Assembly (NCBI GenBank): GCA_017536685.1 | Contig: JAFXGW010000024.1 | Span: 1,315-65,314, forward strand | Reading direction: 5' to 3' | From: Clostridia bacterium | Lineage (GTDB): Bacteria > Bacillota > Clostridia > TANB77 > CAG-508 | Length of the DNA: 64,000 nt | Shown: in pieces, positions 1 to 10,372 of the stretch | How positions within the stretch are numbered: position 1 is the first letter of the stretch | Layout: the number at the start of each line of letters is the position of its first letter | The notes under the pieces: model-generated | What the model was told of the DNA's origin: nothing | What the model saw: only the letters and a program-made list of their open reading frames with translations | Databases searched by the model: none | Made by a program: the position numbers and the translations under genes

Positions 1-285
1 TGCGCTATTTATAGCTTCTGTATTATCTACATTTTCTGATCTAACAACTTTTTTGTTTTCTGCTTTTGGTTCTTTTACTTCTTGTTTTGGTTCTTCTCCA
101 ATCTCTTTTAATCTCATTTCTACTTTAACAACTCTTGGAGTTAAAATACTAAAGAAACTTCTTTTATCTTCTGATTCTAATATTTTTATATCGACTTTAC
201 TTTTTGATACTTTTAATTCATTTAATCCTTTTTCTATAGCTTCTGTTGAAGTTTTTCCTTCAAAAACATATACTTTGTTATCCAT
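1..285 (-). CDS. jag: Jag/KhpB-like RNA-binding protein, N-terminal part only (gene runs off the window start)
   Basis: Minus-strand ATG at 285..283 gives MDNKVYVFEGKTSTEAIEKGLNELKVSKSKVDIKILESEDKRSFF..., a Jag_N-type N-terminus. It sits in the canonical place after yidC, and its start overlaps the yidC stop by 8 nt. Confidence 0.7.
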   Translation of the reverse strand, partial: MDNKVYVFEGKTSTEAIEKGLNELKVSKSKVDIKILESEDKRSFFSILTPRVVKVEMRLKEIGEEPKQEVKEPKAENKKVVRSENVDNTEAINSA

Positions 286-1120
286 TTACTTCTTCCCCCT
301 CTTTAAAAAATCTATTTAATACTACTCTTTCGAATATCATTAGTAGATTGCTAACTAACCAATATAAAGCTAGTCCAAGTGGTGCAATTAAAGCAATACT
401 CACTGTCATAATTGGCATCATCAAATTCATTTGTTTATTCATTTCATCCATCATTTCTTCTGAATCATTTTTATTTTCTTCTTTTGATTCTTTATCTTCT
501 TTATTTGTTTTTGTCATATTTTTTGTTAATCTCATTGAAATTAATGATGTCATAACATATAATACTGGAATTACATAAACTTTCCAATCTCCATAATTTT
601 GTGTAGGAATATCACTCAAATCTAATCCTAAAAATTCCATATTTAAATTAACATTTTCATCAATTTTTCCTTTTTCTCTAATAATTGCTATTTCTGGATA
701 ATTTACATTTTCTCCTCTTTCTTCTTGTATTTGTTCTATATAAGTATTTATTGTTTTGCTGTCTACTTTTTTCATATATGTTAATGGACTACTTACAAGA
801 TAAAATACTGAAAGAACAAGAACTATTTGCAATATCGAACTTAAACATCCACTAAAAGGACTCATATTTTCTCTTTTATATAAATCCATTAATTCTTGAG
901 ATTGTCTTACTTGGTCATTTTTATATTTGTCTTGAATTTCTTTAGCTTCTTTTTGAATTTTAGCAGTTTTTTTCATTGTTTTTTGTTGTTTGATAGAAAT
1001 TGGTAGCATAACTCCTTTCACTATAAGTGTAAATATTATGATTGCAATACCGTAATTATTTACTAATCCATAGATACCATTTAATAAGTATCCAAATAAA
1101 TTTGCAAAAAATTTAAACAT
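278..1120 (-). CDS. yidC: Membrane protein insertase YidC/OxaA (SpoIIIJ-type)
   Basis: 280-aa multi-pass membrane ORF with YidC-core-like segments (PISIKQQKTMKK, LALYWLVSNLLMI). It sits in the conserved rnpA-yidD-yidC-jag cluster. Confidence 0.9.
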   Translation of the reverse strand: MFKFFANLFGYLLNGIYGLVNNYGIAIIIFTLIVKGVMLPISIKQQKTMKKTAKIQKEAKEIQDKYKNDQVRQSQELMDLYKRENMSPFSGCLSSILQIVLVLSVFYLVSSPLTYMKKVDSKTINTYIEQIQEERGENVNYPEIAIIREKGKIDENVNLNMEFLGLDLSDIPTQNYGDWKVYVIPVLYVMTSLISMRLTKNMTKTNKEDKESKEENKNDSEEMMDEMNKQMNLMMPIMTVSIALIAPLGLALYWLVSNLLMIFERVVLNRFFKEGEEVNG

Positions 1121-1130
1121 GTTTTCCTCC

Positions 1131-1340
1131 CTATTTTAACGGATCATATCCACCTTTTGAAAATGGATTACATCTCAAAATTCTTTTTAAGCCTATTATA
1201 GTGCCTTTTATTGCTCCATATTTCTCTATTGCTTGTTTTGTATATTCGGAACATGTTGGTTCATATTTACACCTAGGTCCAAACCATGGTGAAATAGCTT
1301 TTTGATAAAACATTATTAATTTTATTAAAATCTTTTTCAT
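1131..1340 (-). CDS. yidD: Membrane protein insertion efficiency factor YidD
   Basis: 69-aa ORF with the YidD signature [19 protein letters not shown]...[10 protein letters not shown], located between rnpA and yidC. Confidence 0.9.
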   Translation of the reverse strand: MKKILIKLIMFYQKAISPWFGPRCKYEPTCSEYTKQAIEKYGAIKGTIIGLKRILRCNPFSKGGYDPLK

Positions 1341-1341
1341 A

Positions 1342-1686
1342 TTAATTCACCAATATTTCCGCTTTTTTCAATGTTCTTAAGAAATTTTTTTCAATATCCT
1401 TAAAATTAATTTCTTCTATCTTTTTTTCTTTATTTATAACAATTAAAATTTGAATTCCTTTTTCAATTTTAGACTCAAAATTTTTATAATTTTCTCTAAT
1501 TAACCTTTTAACTCTATTACGCTTCACTGCTTTTCCTTGTTTTTTAGAAATAGCAATTCCAAATTTATTATAAGAAGAATTTGTTTTCTTTATATACATA
1601 TGCACATATTCTCCATAATAAAATTTTCCTTTGGAAAAAAGATTTTTGAATTCATAATTTTTTTTAATTATTATTGTATTTTTCAT
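1342..1686 (-). CDS. rnpA: Ribonuclease P protein component
   Basis: 114-aa basic ORF with the [14 protein letters not shown] motif, immediately downstream of rpmH. Confidence 0.9.
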   Translation of the reverse strand: MKNTIIIKKNYEFKNLFSKGKFYYGEYVHMYIKKTNSSYNKFGIAISKKQGKAVKRNRVKRLIRENYKNFESKIEKGIQILIVINKEKKIEEINFKDIEKNFLRTLKKAEILVN

Positions 1687-1800
1687 AATTACTATAATCC
1701 TTTCTAGAAAATTTTATTTTCTAATGTAAATACATAAAATCCTTGTATTTACTGTGCTTGACTGTTTTTGAGAACTTAGTAATTAACAATAATTTTAATA

Positions 1801-1830
1801 AAAAAAGGGCGTCAATTAGCCCTCTTTTTA
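1801..1830 (-). terminator. Weak intrinsic terminator after rpmH
   Basis: On the minus strand a short GGGC/GCCC-based stem is followed by a T7 run, directly after the rpmH stop. Confidence 0.4.
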
Positions 1831-1833
1831 ATT

Positions 1834-1968
1834 CTAAACAGAAATTCTTTTTCTTCCTTTATTTCTTCTTGCTTTTAAAACTTGTCTTCCAGCTCTAGTT
1901 TGCATTCTTTTTCTGAATCCATGAACTTTATTTCTTTGTCTTTTTTTTGGTTGGTATGTTCTTTTCAT
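1834..1968 (-). CDS. rpmH: 50S ribosomal protein L34
   Basis: Not in the ORF track because it is under 60 aa. The minus strand from ATG 1968 to TAG 1834 translates to [52 protein letters not shown] lies 6 nt upstream. Confidence 0.92.
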   Translation of the reverse strand: MKRTYQPKKRQRNKVHGFRKRMQTRAGRQVLKARRNKGRKRISV

Positions 1969-2033
1969 TTTGCACCTCCTAATTTATATAATTTTTATTT
2001 TTAAACAATTTTTATTTGTAATAAATAACATAT

Positions 2034-2367
2034 TTATCCACAGTAATAGAGATTATACTATAAAAGATTCAAAAAAGTCAAGTAATTCACAAAATTTAAT
2101 GATTTTATTTATATTTATCTCTTAATAATAAATAAGTAATAAGAATTATTTAAATATATAAAAATCTCTTTTTTCCTCATCTTTTCTATTTATTTTTAAA
2201 ATAATCTAATTAATTTAATTTTTAACTTGTTTTTTAAAAATATTTTTGATATTATATGGACACAATGGATAAAAAGAACATTTTTAGGTTTTCCACAATC
2301 TGTTGATTCCATAAACACTTGAGGATTCTTGTTTTTAAGTCACCCATGTGGACAACATTGTGGATAA
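2034..2367. promoter_or_regulatory. oriC part 1: DnaA-box cluster upstream of dnaA
   Basis: TTATCCACA at 2034-2042 and TGTGGATAA at 2359-2367 are perfect. TTTTCCACA at 2289-2297 and TGTGGACAA at 2347-2355 each have one mismatch. Confidence 0.8.
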
Positions 2368-2397
2368 ATATACTATAGAAAGGACGGTTTTTTTAGA

Positions 2398-3744
2398 ATG
2401 TATTCTGATAAAAACGATTTACTTACAAAAGCAAAAGATCTTTTAAAAGAAGAAATGACAACTATATCTTATACAACATGGATTAAAAATTTAGAAATAC
2501 AATCTATAAATGACAATAAAATTGTTTTAGTTGCCCTTTCAAAAATGCAAAAAGATGCTATAGAATCAAGATTATTCGATTTAGTATCTAATACATTTAA
2601 TTTCATCACAAATAAAAATTGTGAAATAGAGATTATTGAAAAAACAGAAGATAACCAAAGTGAAGAAATAATTGAAGAAAAAACAGACTTTATTAATACA
2701 GAAAACTATAGTAGTAGTTTCTTAAATCCAAAATATACTTTTGATAATTTTGTAATAGGAAATAATAATAAATTTGCTCAAGCAGCTGCATTTGCTGTTT
2801 CTGAAGCACCTGCTACAGCATACAATCCATTATTCATCTATGGTGGAGTAGGTCTTGGTAAAACGCACTTAATGCATGCAATTGGAAATAAAATTATAAA
2901 AAATAATCCTAATACAAAAATTTTATATGTAACATCAGAACAATTTATTAATGAATTAGTAAATTCTATAAAAGATGCAAACTATAAAAATGAATTATTT
3001 AGAAATAAATACAGAAATATAGATGTTTTATTAATAGATGACATTCAATTCATAGCAGGAAAGAAAACTGGACAAGAAGAATTTTTCCACACATTCAATA
3101 CTCTTCATCAAAATGGAAAACAAATAATTATCTCTAGTGATAAACCACCAAGAGATATTCCACTTTTAGAAGAGAGATTAAAATCAAGATTTGAATGGGG
3201 GATACTAGCCGATATTTCAATGCCTGATTATGAAACTCGTCTAGCAATTCTTAGAAAAAAAGTGCAAGCAGATAAAATAATAATTGATGATTATATATTA
3301 TCTGTTATTGCTACAAAAATAGATTCAAATATTCGTGAACTTGAAGGGGCCCTAAATAAAATTGTTGCTTACGCATCATTAACTCATAGCCCAATAACAA
3401 TAGAAATAGCAGAAAAATCAATAAATGATATCGTACTTCAAAAAGAAAAGGTAATTTCTTCAGATTACATACAAGAGGTTGTTGCAAAATATTTTAATAT
3501 AGATAAAAAAGATTTAGTATCATCAAAAAAATCTAATGATATTGCATTTCCTCGTCAAATAGCAATGTATTTATGTAGAACCGTTGCACAAATGTCATTC
3601 CCAAAAATCGGAGCTGATTTCGGTAATAGAGATCATACAACAGTAATGCATGCCGTTAATAAAATTGAAAAAGAAGTAAAAGAAAAAACAAATACAAAAT
3701 TAATTGTGGAAAGTGTGAAAAACATTATCCAAGATTCAAATTAA
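2398..3744 (+). CDS. dnaA: Chromosomal replication initiator DnaA
   Basis: 448 aa with Walker A GGVGLGKTHL, Walker B LLIDDIQF and a C-terminal DnaA-box-binding domain (RDHTTVMHA). Flanked by DnaA boxes. Confidence 0.98.
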   Translation: MYSDKNDLLTKAKDLLKEEMTTISYTTWIKNLEIQSINDNKIVLVALSKMQKDAIESRLFDLVSNTFNFITNKNCEIEIIEKTEDNQSEEIIEEKTDFINTENYSSSFLNPKYTFDNFVIGNNNKFAQAAAFAVSEAPATAYNPLFIYGGVGLGKTHLMHAIGNKIIKNNPNTKILYVTSEQFINELVNSIKDANYKNELFRNKYRNIDVLLIDDIQFIAGKKTGQEEFFHTFNTLHQNGKQIIISSDKPPRDIPLLEERLKSRFEWGILADISMPDYETRLAILRKKVQADKIIIDDYILSVIATKIDSNIRELEGALNKIVAYASLTHSPITIEIAEKSINDIVLQKEKVISSDYIQEVVAKYFNIDKKDLVSSKKSNDIAFPRQIAMYLCRTVAQMSFPKIGADFGNRDHTTVMHAVNKIEKEVKEKTNTKLIVESVKNIIQDSN

Positions 3745-3846
3745 TTTATATATAAGCAAAAATTTAAAGAAAACAAAATTTATGTTTTGCAAACATATTT
3801 TTCTACTAAAGAAGATCTATTAACTCTTACGGAATAGCCGCAAAGG

Positions 3847-4050
3847 TTTTCCACATGGTTATGTGAAAATCTTGTACAAAACTTGTTAATAACTAAGAAT
3901 TCACAAATGATATTGAATAATGTGGATAAAAACAAATTTTATTCACAAAGTTTTACACATAGTTTTTATTAGGGAAATAAAGGGTTTGAAAAGTTTTCCA
4001 CCAAATCCACAACCCCTAATACTAATACTACTATTTATATTATTTAATTA
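3847..4050. promoter_or_regulatory. oriC part 2: DnaA boxes, GC cluster, TAN triplets and AT-rich unwinding element
   Basis: Boxes at 3847-3855, 3921-3929 (perfect), 3939-3947, 3994-4002 and 4003-4011. They are followed by CCCC at 4013-4016, TAA TAC TAA TAC TAC TAT at 4017-4034, then pure A/T up to the dnaN SD. Confidence 0.75.
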
Positions 4051-4063
4051 AAGGAGAAAAGAA

Positions 4064-5179
4064 ATGAGAGTTATTTGTGAAAAAGAAAAAATTCTAAAAG
4101 GTATTAGTTCTGTTATAAATGGAGTAGCATCAAAAACAACTATGCCTATATTAGAAGGAATACTTATTCAAACAAATGATAACGAATTAAAATTAACATC
4201 TTATGATTTAGAAATAGGAATAGAATATATATTAGAAGCAAATGTAGAAGAACAAGGAAATACAGTAGTAAATGCTACTATGTTTAGTGAAATTATTAAA
4301 AGATTACCTTCTACAGAAATAAAATTAACTATAAATGAAAATAATTTATTAGAAATAGAATGTGAAGGATCACTTTATAAATTAGCAACAATGAATCCCG
4401 ATGAATTTCCAGAGTTACCAAAAATAAATGTTGATAACTCTATAGAAATAGAACAAACAACATTAAAAAATATGATTAGAAAAACAATATTTGCTGTAAG
4501 TACAGAAGAAAATAGACCTATATTTACAGGATGTTTATTTGAAGTAATAGATAATAAATTAAATGTTGTTGCAGTTGATGGTTACAGATTAGCAATAAAA
4601 TCTAATGTTTTAAATGAAGCTGCAAACACTTTTAGTAGTGTAATACCAGGAAAAACATTAAATGAAGTAAATAAAATTATATCAGATTCTTTTGATACAG
4701 TAAAAATTGGTATTTCAAGAAATCAAGCTTTATTTGAAATGGAAAATTGTAAAATAGTAACTAGATTATTAGATGGTGAATTTTTAAAATACTCAAATAC
4801 AATTCCACAAAATTGGGAAACAAGAGTTAAAGTAAATAAATCAAATATTCAAAATTGTTTTGAAAGAATTTTATTAATATCAGCATCATCAATAGAAAAA
4901 GAGAAAAAATATCCAGTAAAAATAAATATAGAAGTTGGAAAAGTAACAATTTCTTGTGCAAACCAAACAGGTGATGCAAAAGAAGAAATATTTGTTGATA
5001 CAGAAGGAAAAGAATTAGAAATTGGATTCAATCCAAGATTTTTCTTAGATGCGTTAAAAGCTATAGATGATGAAGAAGTTTATATTGAATTTGGAACAAA
5101 CAGATCTCCATGTATAATAAAACCTATTGAAGATGGTGATTATATATATATGATATTACCGATTAAAATGAAAGAATAG
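4064..5179 (+). CDS. dnaN: DNA polymerase III beta sliding clamp
   Basis: 371-aa ORF of clamp length directly after dnaA, with SD AAAGGAGAAAAG upstream. Confidence 0.97.
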   Translation: MRVICEKEKILKGISSVINGVASKTTMPILEGILIQTNDNELKLTSYDLEIGIEYILEANVEEQGNTVVNATMFSEIIKRLPSTEIKLTINENNLLEIECEGSLYKLATMNPDEFPELPKINVDNSIEIEQTTLKNMIRKTIFAVSTEENRPIFTGCLFEVIDNKLNVVAVDGYRLAIKSNVLNEAANTFSSVIPGKTLNEVNKIISDSFDTVKIGISRNQALFEMENCKIVTRLLDGEFLKYSNTIPQNWETRVKVNKSNIQNCFERILLISASSIEKEKKYPVKINIEVGKVTISCANQTGDAKEEIFVDTEGKELEIGFNPRFFLDALKAIDDEEVYIEFGTNRSPCIIKPIEDGDYIYMILPIKMKE

Positions 5180-5211
5180 TTATCCACAAATAAAGAACAA
5201 AAAGTGGATAA
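5180..5211. promoter_or_regulatory. Convergent DnaA-box pair immediately after dnaN
   Basis: TTATCCACA at 5180-5188 (perfect) and AGTGGATAA at 5203-5211 (one mismatch, opposite orientation). Confidence 0.5.
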
Positions 5212-5278
5212 CACTACAGATAAATCTATATTGATATAGAAAGGAGCATATTAGTTATAATACTAATATATATTAAGA

Positions 5279-5497
5279 ATGGAAGAAAAATTAAAGGAAA
5301 TATACGAAAAAGCAACAGACATATTTTTTGGATTAACTAAAAAATTTGATGGTGTTTCTGAAAGAATATTTGAAAAAACAGGGAAAAAAATAAATGTAGG
5401 AATTATTGTTGGTAGTGCTATATTAATTTTCTTTGTAATTCTTTTTGTGAGAATAATATTAGGTTTTGTAATGGACTTTTTATTTGGTAGAGTATAA
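5279..5497 (+). CDS. Small membrane-anchored hypothetical protein (72 aa)
   Basis: Charged N-terminal half followed by one hydrophobic helix (VGIIVGSAILIFFVILFVRIILGFV). There is no convincing SD. It occupies the slot where Firmicutes normally carry the S4-domain gene yaaA, but it is not S4-like. Confidence 0.4.
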   Translation: MEEKLKEIYEKATDIFFGLTKKFDGVSERIFEKTGKKINVGIIVGSAILIFFVILFVRIILGFVMDFLFGRV

Positions 5498-5502
5498 ATA
5501 AT

Positions 5503-6573
5503 ATGCATATTAAAAATATTTTATTAGAAAATTTTAGAAATTATGATAATCAAGAAATTGAATTAAATGAAAATATAAATATAATATATGGAAATAATGC
5601 TCAAGGAAAAACCAATATAATTGAGTCAGTGTTTTTATGCGCTTATGGAAAATCATTTAGAGCCAAAAAAGATCAAGAACTAATAAAATTTGATAAAGAA
5701 AATTGCAAAGTAGAAGTTTCTTATTCGAAAATTGATAGAGAAGGAACTATAAAAGCAGAAATAAGGGATAAGAAAACATTTTTTGCAAATGGAGTAAAGC
5801 AAAATAAAATAAGTGATATAATAGGAAAAATAAATATAGTAATATTTACTCCTGATGACATTGAAATTATAAAAGATGGACCACAAAAAAGAAGACGTTT
5901 TTTAGATATGATGATTAGTTCTCTTCGTCCAAATTATTTACATTTGTTAAATTCTTATAATAAAATTCTAGAACAAAGAAATAATTATTTAAGACAAATA
6001 AAACTGGAAAATAAGAATCCATCAATGTTAGATATTTGGGATGAACAACTTTCAGAATATTCTTTTAAAATATTTGAATATAGAAAATATTTTGTGGATA
6101 AAATTTCAAATTCAATAGAAGATATCCACAGTTTGATAACAAAAAGTGGAAAAGAAGGCATAAAAATTAAATATATATCTAATAGCAAAAATAAAGAATC
6201 ATTTTTGGAAAATTTGAAAAAGTCTCGAACAGTTGACATAAAAAAAGGGTTTACTGCAACAGGTGTACATAGAGATGATTTTATGATATATATAAATAGT
6301 AGACCTGTTTCGATTTTTGGTTCTCAAGGCCAACAAAGAACTGCAATTTTAACATTAAAACTTTGTGAACTTAAAATTGTTAAAGAAGAAATTGGGGATA
6401 CACCAATTCTTTTATTAGATGACTATATGTCAGAGCTTGATGAAAATAGAAGAACAAGCTTTCTAGAAAATATAAAGGGGAATCAAGTAATAATTACTTG
6501 TACAGATAGAATAGATTTAGAAAATGAAAGTTCTATTTATTATGTAGAAAATGGAATTTGTAAGAAAGTCTAA
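5503..6573 (+). CDS. recF: DNA replication and repair protein RecF
   Basis: 356 aa with N-terminal Walker A GNNAQGKTNIIES and an SMC/ABC-type C-terminal LLLDDYMSELD, in the conserved position. Confidence 0.96.
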   Translation: MHIKNILLENFRNYDNQEIELNENINIIYGNNAQGKTNIIESVFLCAYGKSFRAKKDQELIKFDKENCKVEVSYSKIDREGTIKAEIRDKKTFFANGVKQNKISDIIGKINIVIFTPDDIEIIKDGPQKRRRFLDMMISSLRPNYLHLLNSYNKILEQRNNYLRQIKLENKNPSMLDIWDEQLSEYSFKIFEYRKYFVDKISNSIEDIHSLITKSGKEGIKIKYISNSKNKESFLENLKKSRTVDIKKGFTATGVHRDDFMIYINSRPVSIFGSQGQQRTAILTLKLCELKIVKEEIGDTPILLLDDYMSELDENRRTSFLENIKGNQVIITCTDRIDLENESSIYYVENGICKKV

Positions 6574-6589
6574 AGGAAAGGAAGTATAA

Positions 6590-6835
6590 ATGTATATACA
6601 TATAGGAAAAGACTTTATTATAAATAGCAAATATATTATAGCAATATTTAATATTGACTATGTTAAAAATACAAAAGAATATAAGGCAATGTATAAATCA
6701 TTAGAAGAAGCAGGAAATTTAATATTTGTTTCTGATAAAAAAGGGATGTCTTTTATATTAACAGAAGAAAATAATATTAAAAAGGCATATATAACCAATA
6801 TTGGTGTGAATACTATTGCTAAGAGAATGATATAA
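6590..6835 (+). CDS. remB: DUF370 protein (RemB/YaaB-like)
   Basis: 81-aa ORF between recF and gyrB, the usual place for DUF370 in Firmicutes. Its MYIHIGKDFII... start is typical of the family. Confidence 0.75.
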   Translation: MYIHIGKDFIINSKYIIAIFNIDYVKNTKEYKAMYKSLEEAGNLIFVSDKKGMSFILTEENNIKKAYITNIGVNTIAKRMI

Positions 6836-8779
<1,944 letters not shown>

Positions 8780-8786
8780 TTTATAA

Positions 8787-8828
8787 ATGATAAAGGCATA
8801 AGGAGGATTCCTTATGCCTTTTATCATC
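8787..8828. terminator. Long bidirectional hairpin terminator after gyrB
   Basis: GGCATAAGG (8795-8803), a 6-nt loop, then CCTTATGCC (8810-8818). The stem is extended by flanking GATAAA/TTTATC pairing, with T-runs on both strands. Confidence 0.8.
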
Positions 8829-9475
8829 TTATAAAACTTATATTAACTTTCAGCTAAAACTAATATACATAGTAGTCAAACCTAATGTATATTGCTATAC
8901 AAGTAAGCTCTATACCACATATATTAATCAGTTACTAGACTACAAATCCACTTTAAATAGCTATATTCATCCAAATCGTGGGACTACAAATAACCACTTT
9001 CAAGTAAAAGAATAATCATAACTTCAAATATATCATATACTTTTCAAATCCTAATAATCATCCGCCAATCACGTTTAATTTATTCTAAAAAGAATAAAAA
9101 ATCATAAAGAAATAGAACAATCAAATACACAATATATTCTTTGTGTCCAACATAAAATACTAAAGCTCGAGCTCCAATATTTTACATCTTTACTCGATTC
9201 CTAATTACTAACAAATAATAGTTTTATATAATAAGCAAATTAACTTATTATATAAAATATTATTGCCAATAATTAAGCTCTAAGTTAGGCTAATATAAAT
9301 TTTATAATAGTATTATGTGCGAAATAAAAAATTATATTCAAAAATTAATTAGAAAATTTTAGTAAATTTTAAATATTGAAATTAAAATGATAATTTTTTT
9401 GATTTAATTAATATTTTGAAATTCGAAATTAATAATAAACCTATTTAAATTAATAAAAATAAAATCAAATTTTAA

Positions 9476-9537
9476 TCTTAATAAAATCTTAATAATTCCT
9501 CTATTTTTTCTTAATAATTTTTTGATAGACTTATAAT
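9476..9537 (+). promoter_or_regulatory. Candidate autoregulated promoter of the two-component operon with three phased direct repeats
   Basis: TCTTAATAA occurs at 9476-9484, 9487-9495 and 9509-9517 (spacings of 11 and 22 bp). The third copy lies at the -35 position, 17 bp upstream of TATAAT at 9532-9537. Confidence 0.45.
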
Positions 9538-9661
9538 CGTAGAAAACAAAAAATAATTATAAATAATAATTGAAAACTTTAAAAACAAGAAAAATGCGAG
9601 TATAATAAAATCGAAAGATGAAAATTATATTTGTTAAAACTAAAAGAAAGTAGGGGATTTT

Positions 9662-10360
9662 ATGTACAATATTTTAGTTTGTGATGATGACAAAGAAATT
9701 GTAAAAGCAATCGAAATTTATTTGAGTAAAGAAGGATATAATGTTTTAAAATCTTATAATGGAGAAGAAGCTTTAAAATTATTAAAAAATAATACAATTC
9801 ATTTAATAATCCTAGACATTATGATGCCAGTAAAAGATGGATTAGAAACATTAAATGAAATAAGAAAAACAGAATCTATACCCGTAATAATGCTTTCTGC
9901 AAAATCTGAAGATGAAGATAAAATAAAAGGTTTAAATTTAGGTGCAGATGATTATGTAACAAAACCATTTAATCCTTTAGAGTTAGTAGCAAGAGTAAAT
10001 TCGGGAATTAGAAGATATACAAAACTTGGGAATATTGATTCAAATGAAAATAAAAATATTTATAAAACCGGAGAATTAATTATTGATGATGATTTAAAAA
10101 AAATTACTGTTGAAGGAAATGAAGTAAAACTAACGCCTACAGAATACAATATTTTAAAATTCCTAACTAAAAATAAAGGAACAGTTTATTCAATAGAAAA
10201 AATTTATGAAAATGTATGGAATGATGAAGCATATGCAGCGGAAAACATAATAGCAGTCCATATTAGACATATAAGAGAAAAGATTGAAATTAATCCAAAA
10301 GAACCAAAATATTTAAAAGTAATTTGGGGAATAGGATATAAAATAGAAAAAATTAGTTAG
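9662..10360 (+). CDS. OmpR-family DNA-binding response regulator
   Basis: 232 aa with a receiver domain (DDD...LIILDIMMP...KPF) and a winged-helix output (TPTEYNILKFL...IWGIGYK). Confidence 0.93.
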   Translation: MYNILVCDDDKEIVKAIEIYLSKEGYNVLKSYNGEEALKLLKNNTIHLIILDIMMPVKDGLETLNEIRKTESIPVIMLSAKSEDEDKIKGLNLGADDYVTKPFNPLELVARVNSGIRRYTKLGNIDSNENKNIYKTGELIIDDDLKKITVEGNEVKLTPTEYNILKFLTKNKGTVYSIEKIYENVWNDEAYAAENIIAVHIRHIREKIEINPKEPKYLKVIWGIGYKIEKIS

Positions 10361-10372
10361 GAGGATGTTAAA

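Noticed and set aside
9300-9560. Very AT-rich periodic-looking stretch (TGAAATT and TTAATAA motifs), checked for a CRISPR array or tandem repeat.
   Set aside because: There are no regularly spaced repeats of 20 bp or more with unique spacers. Only the short TCTTAATAA motif recurs, and that is reported separately as a candidate regulator site.
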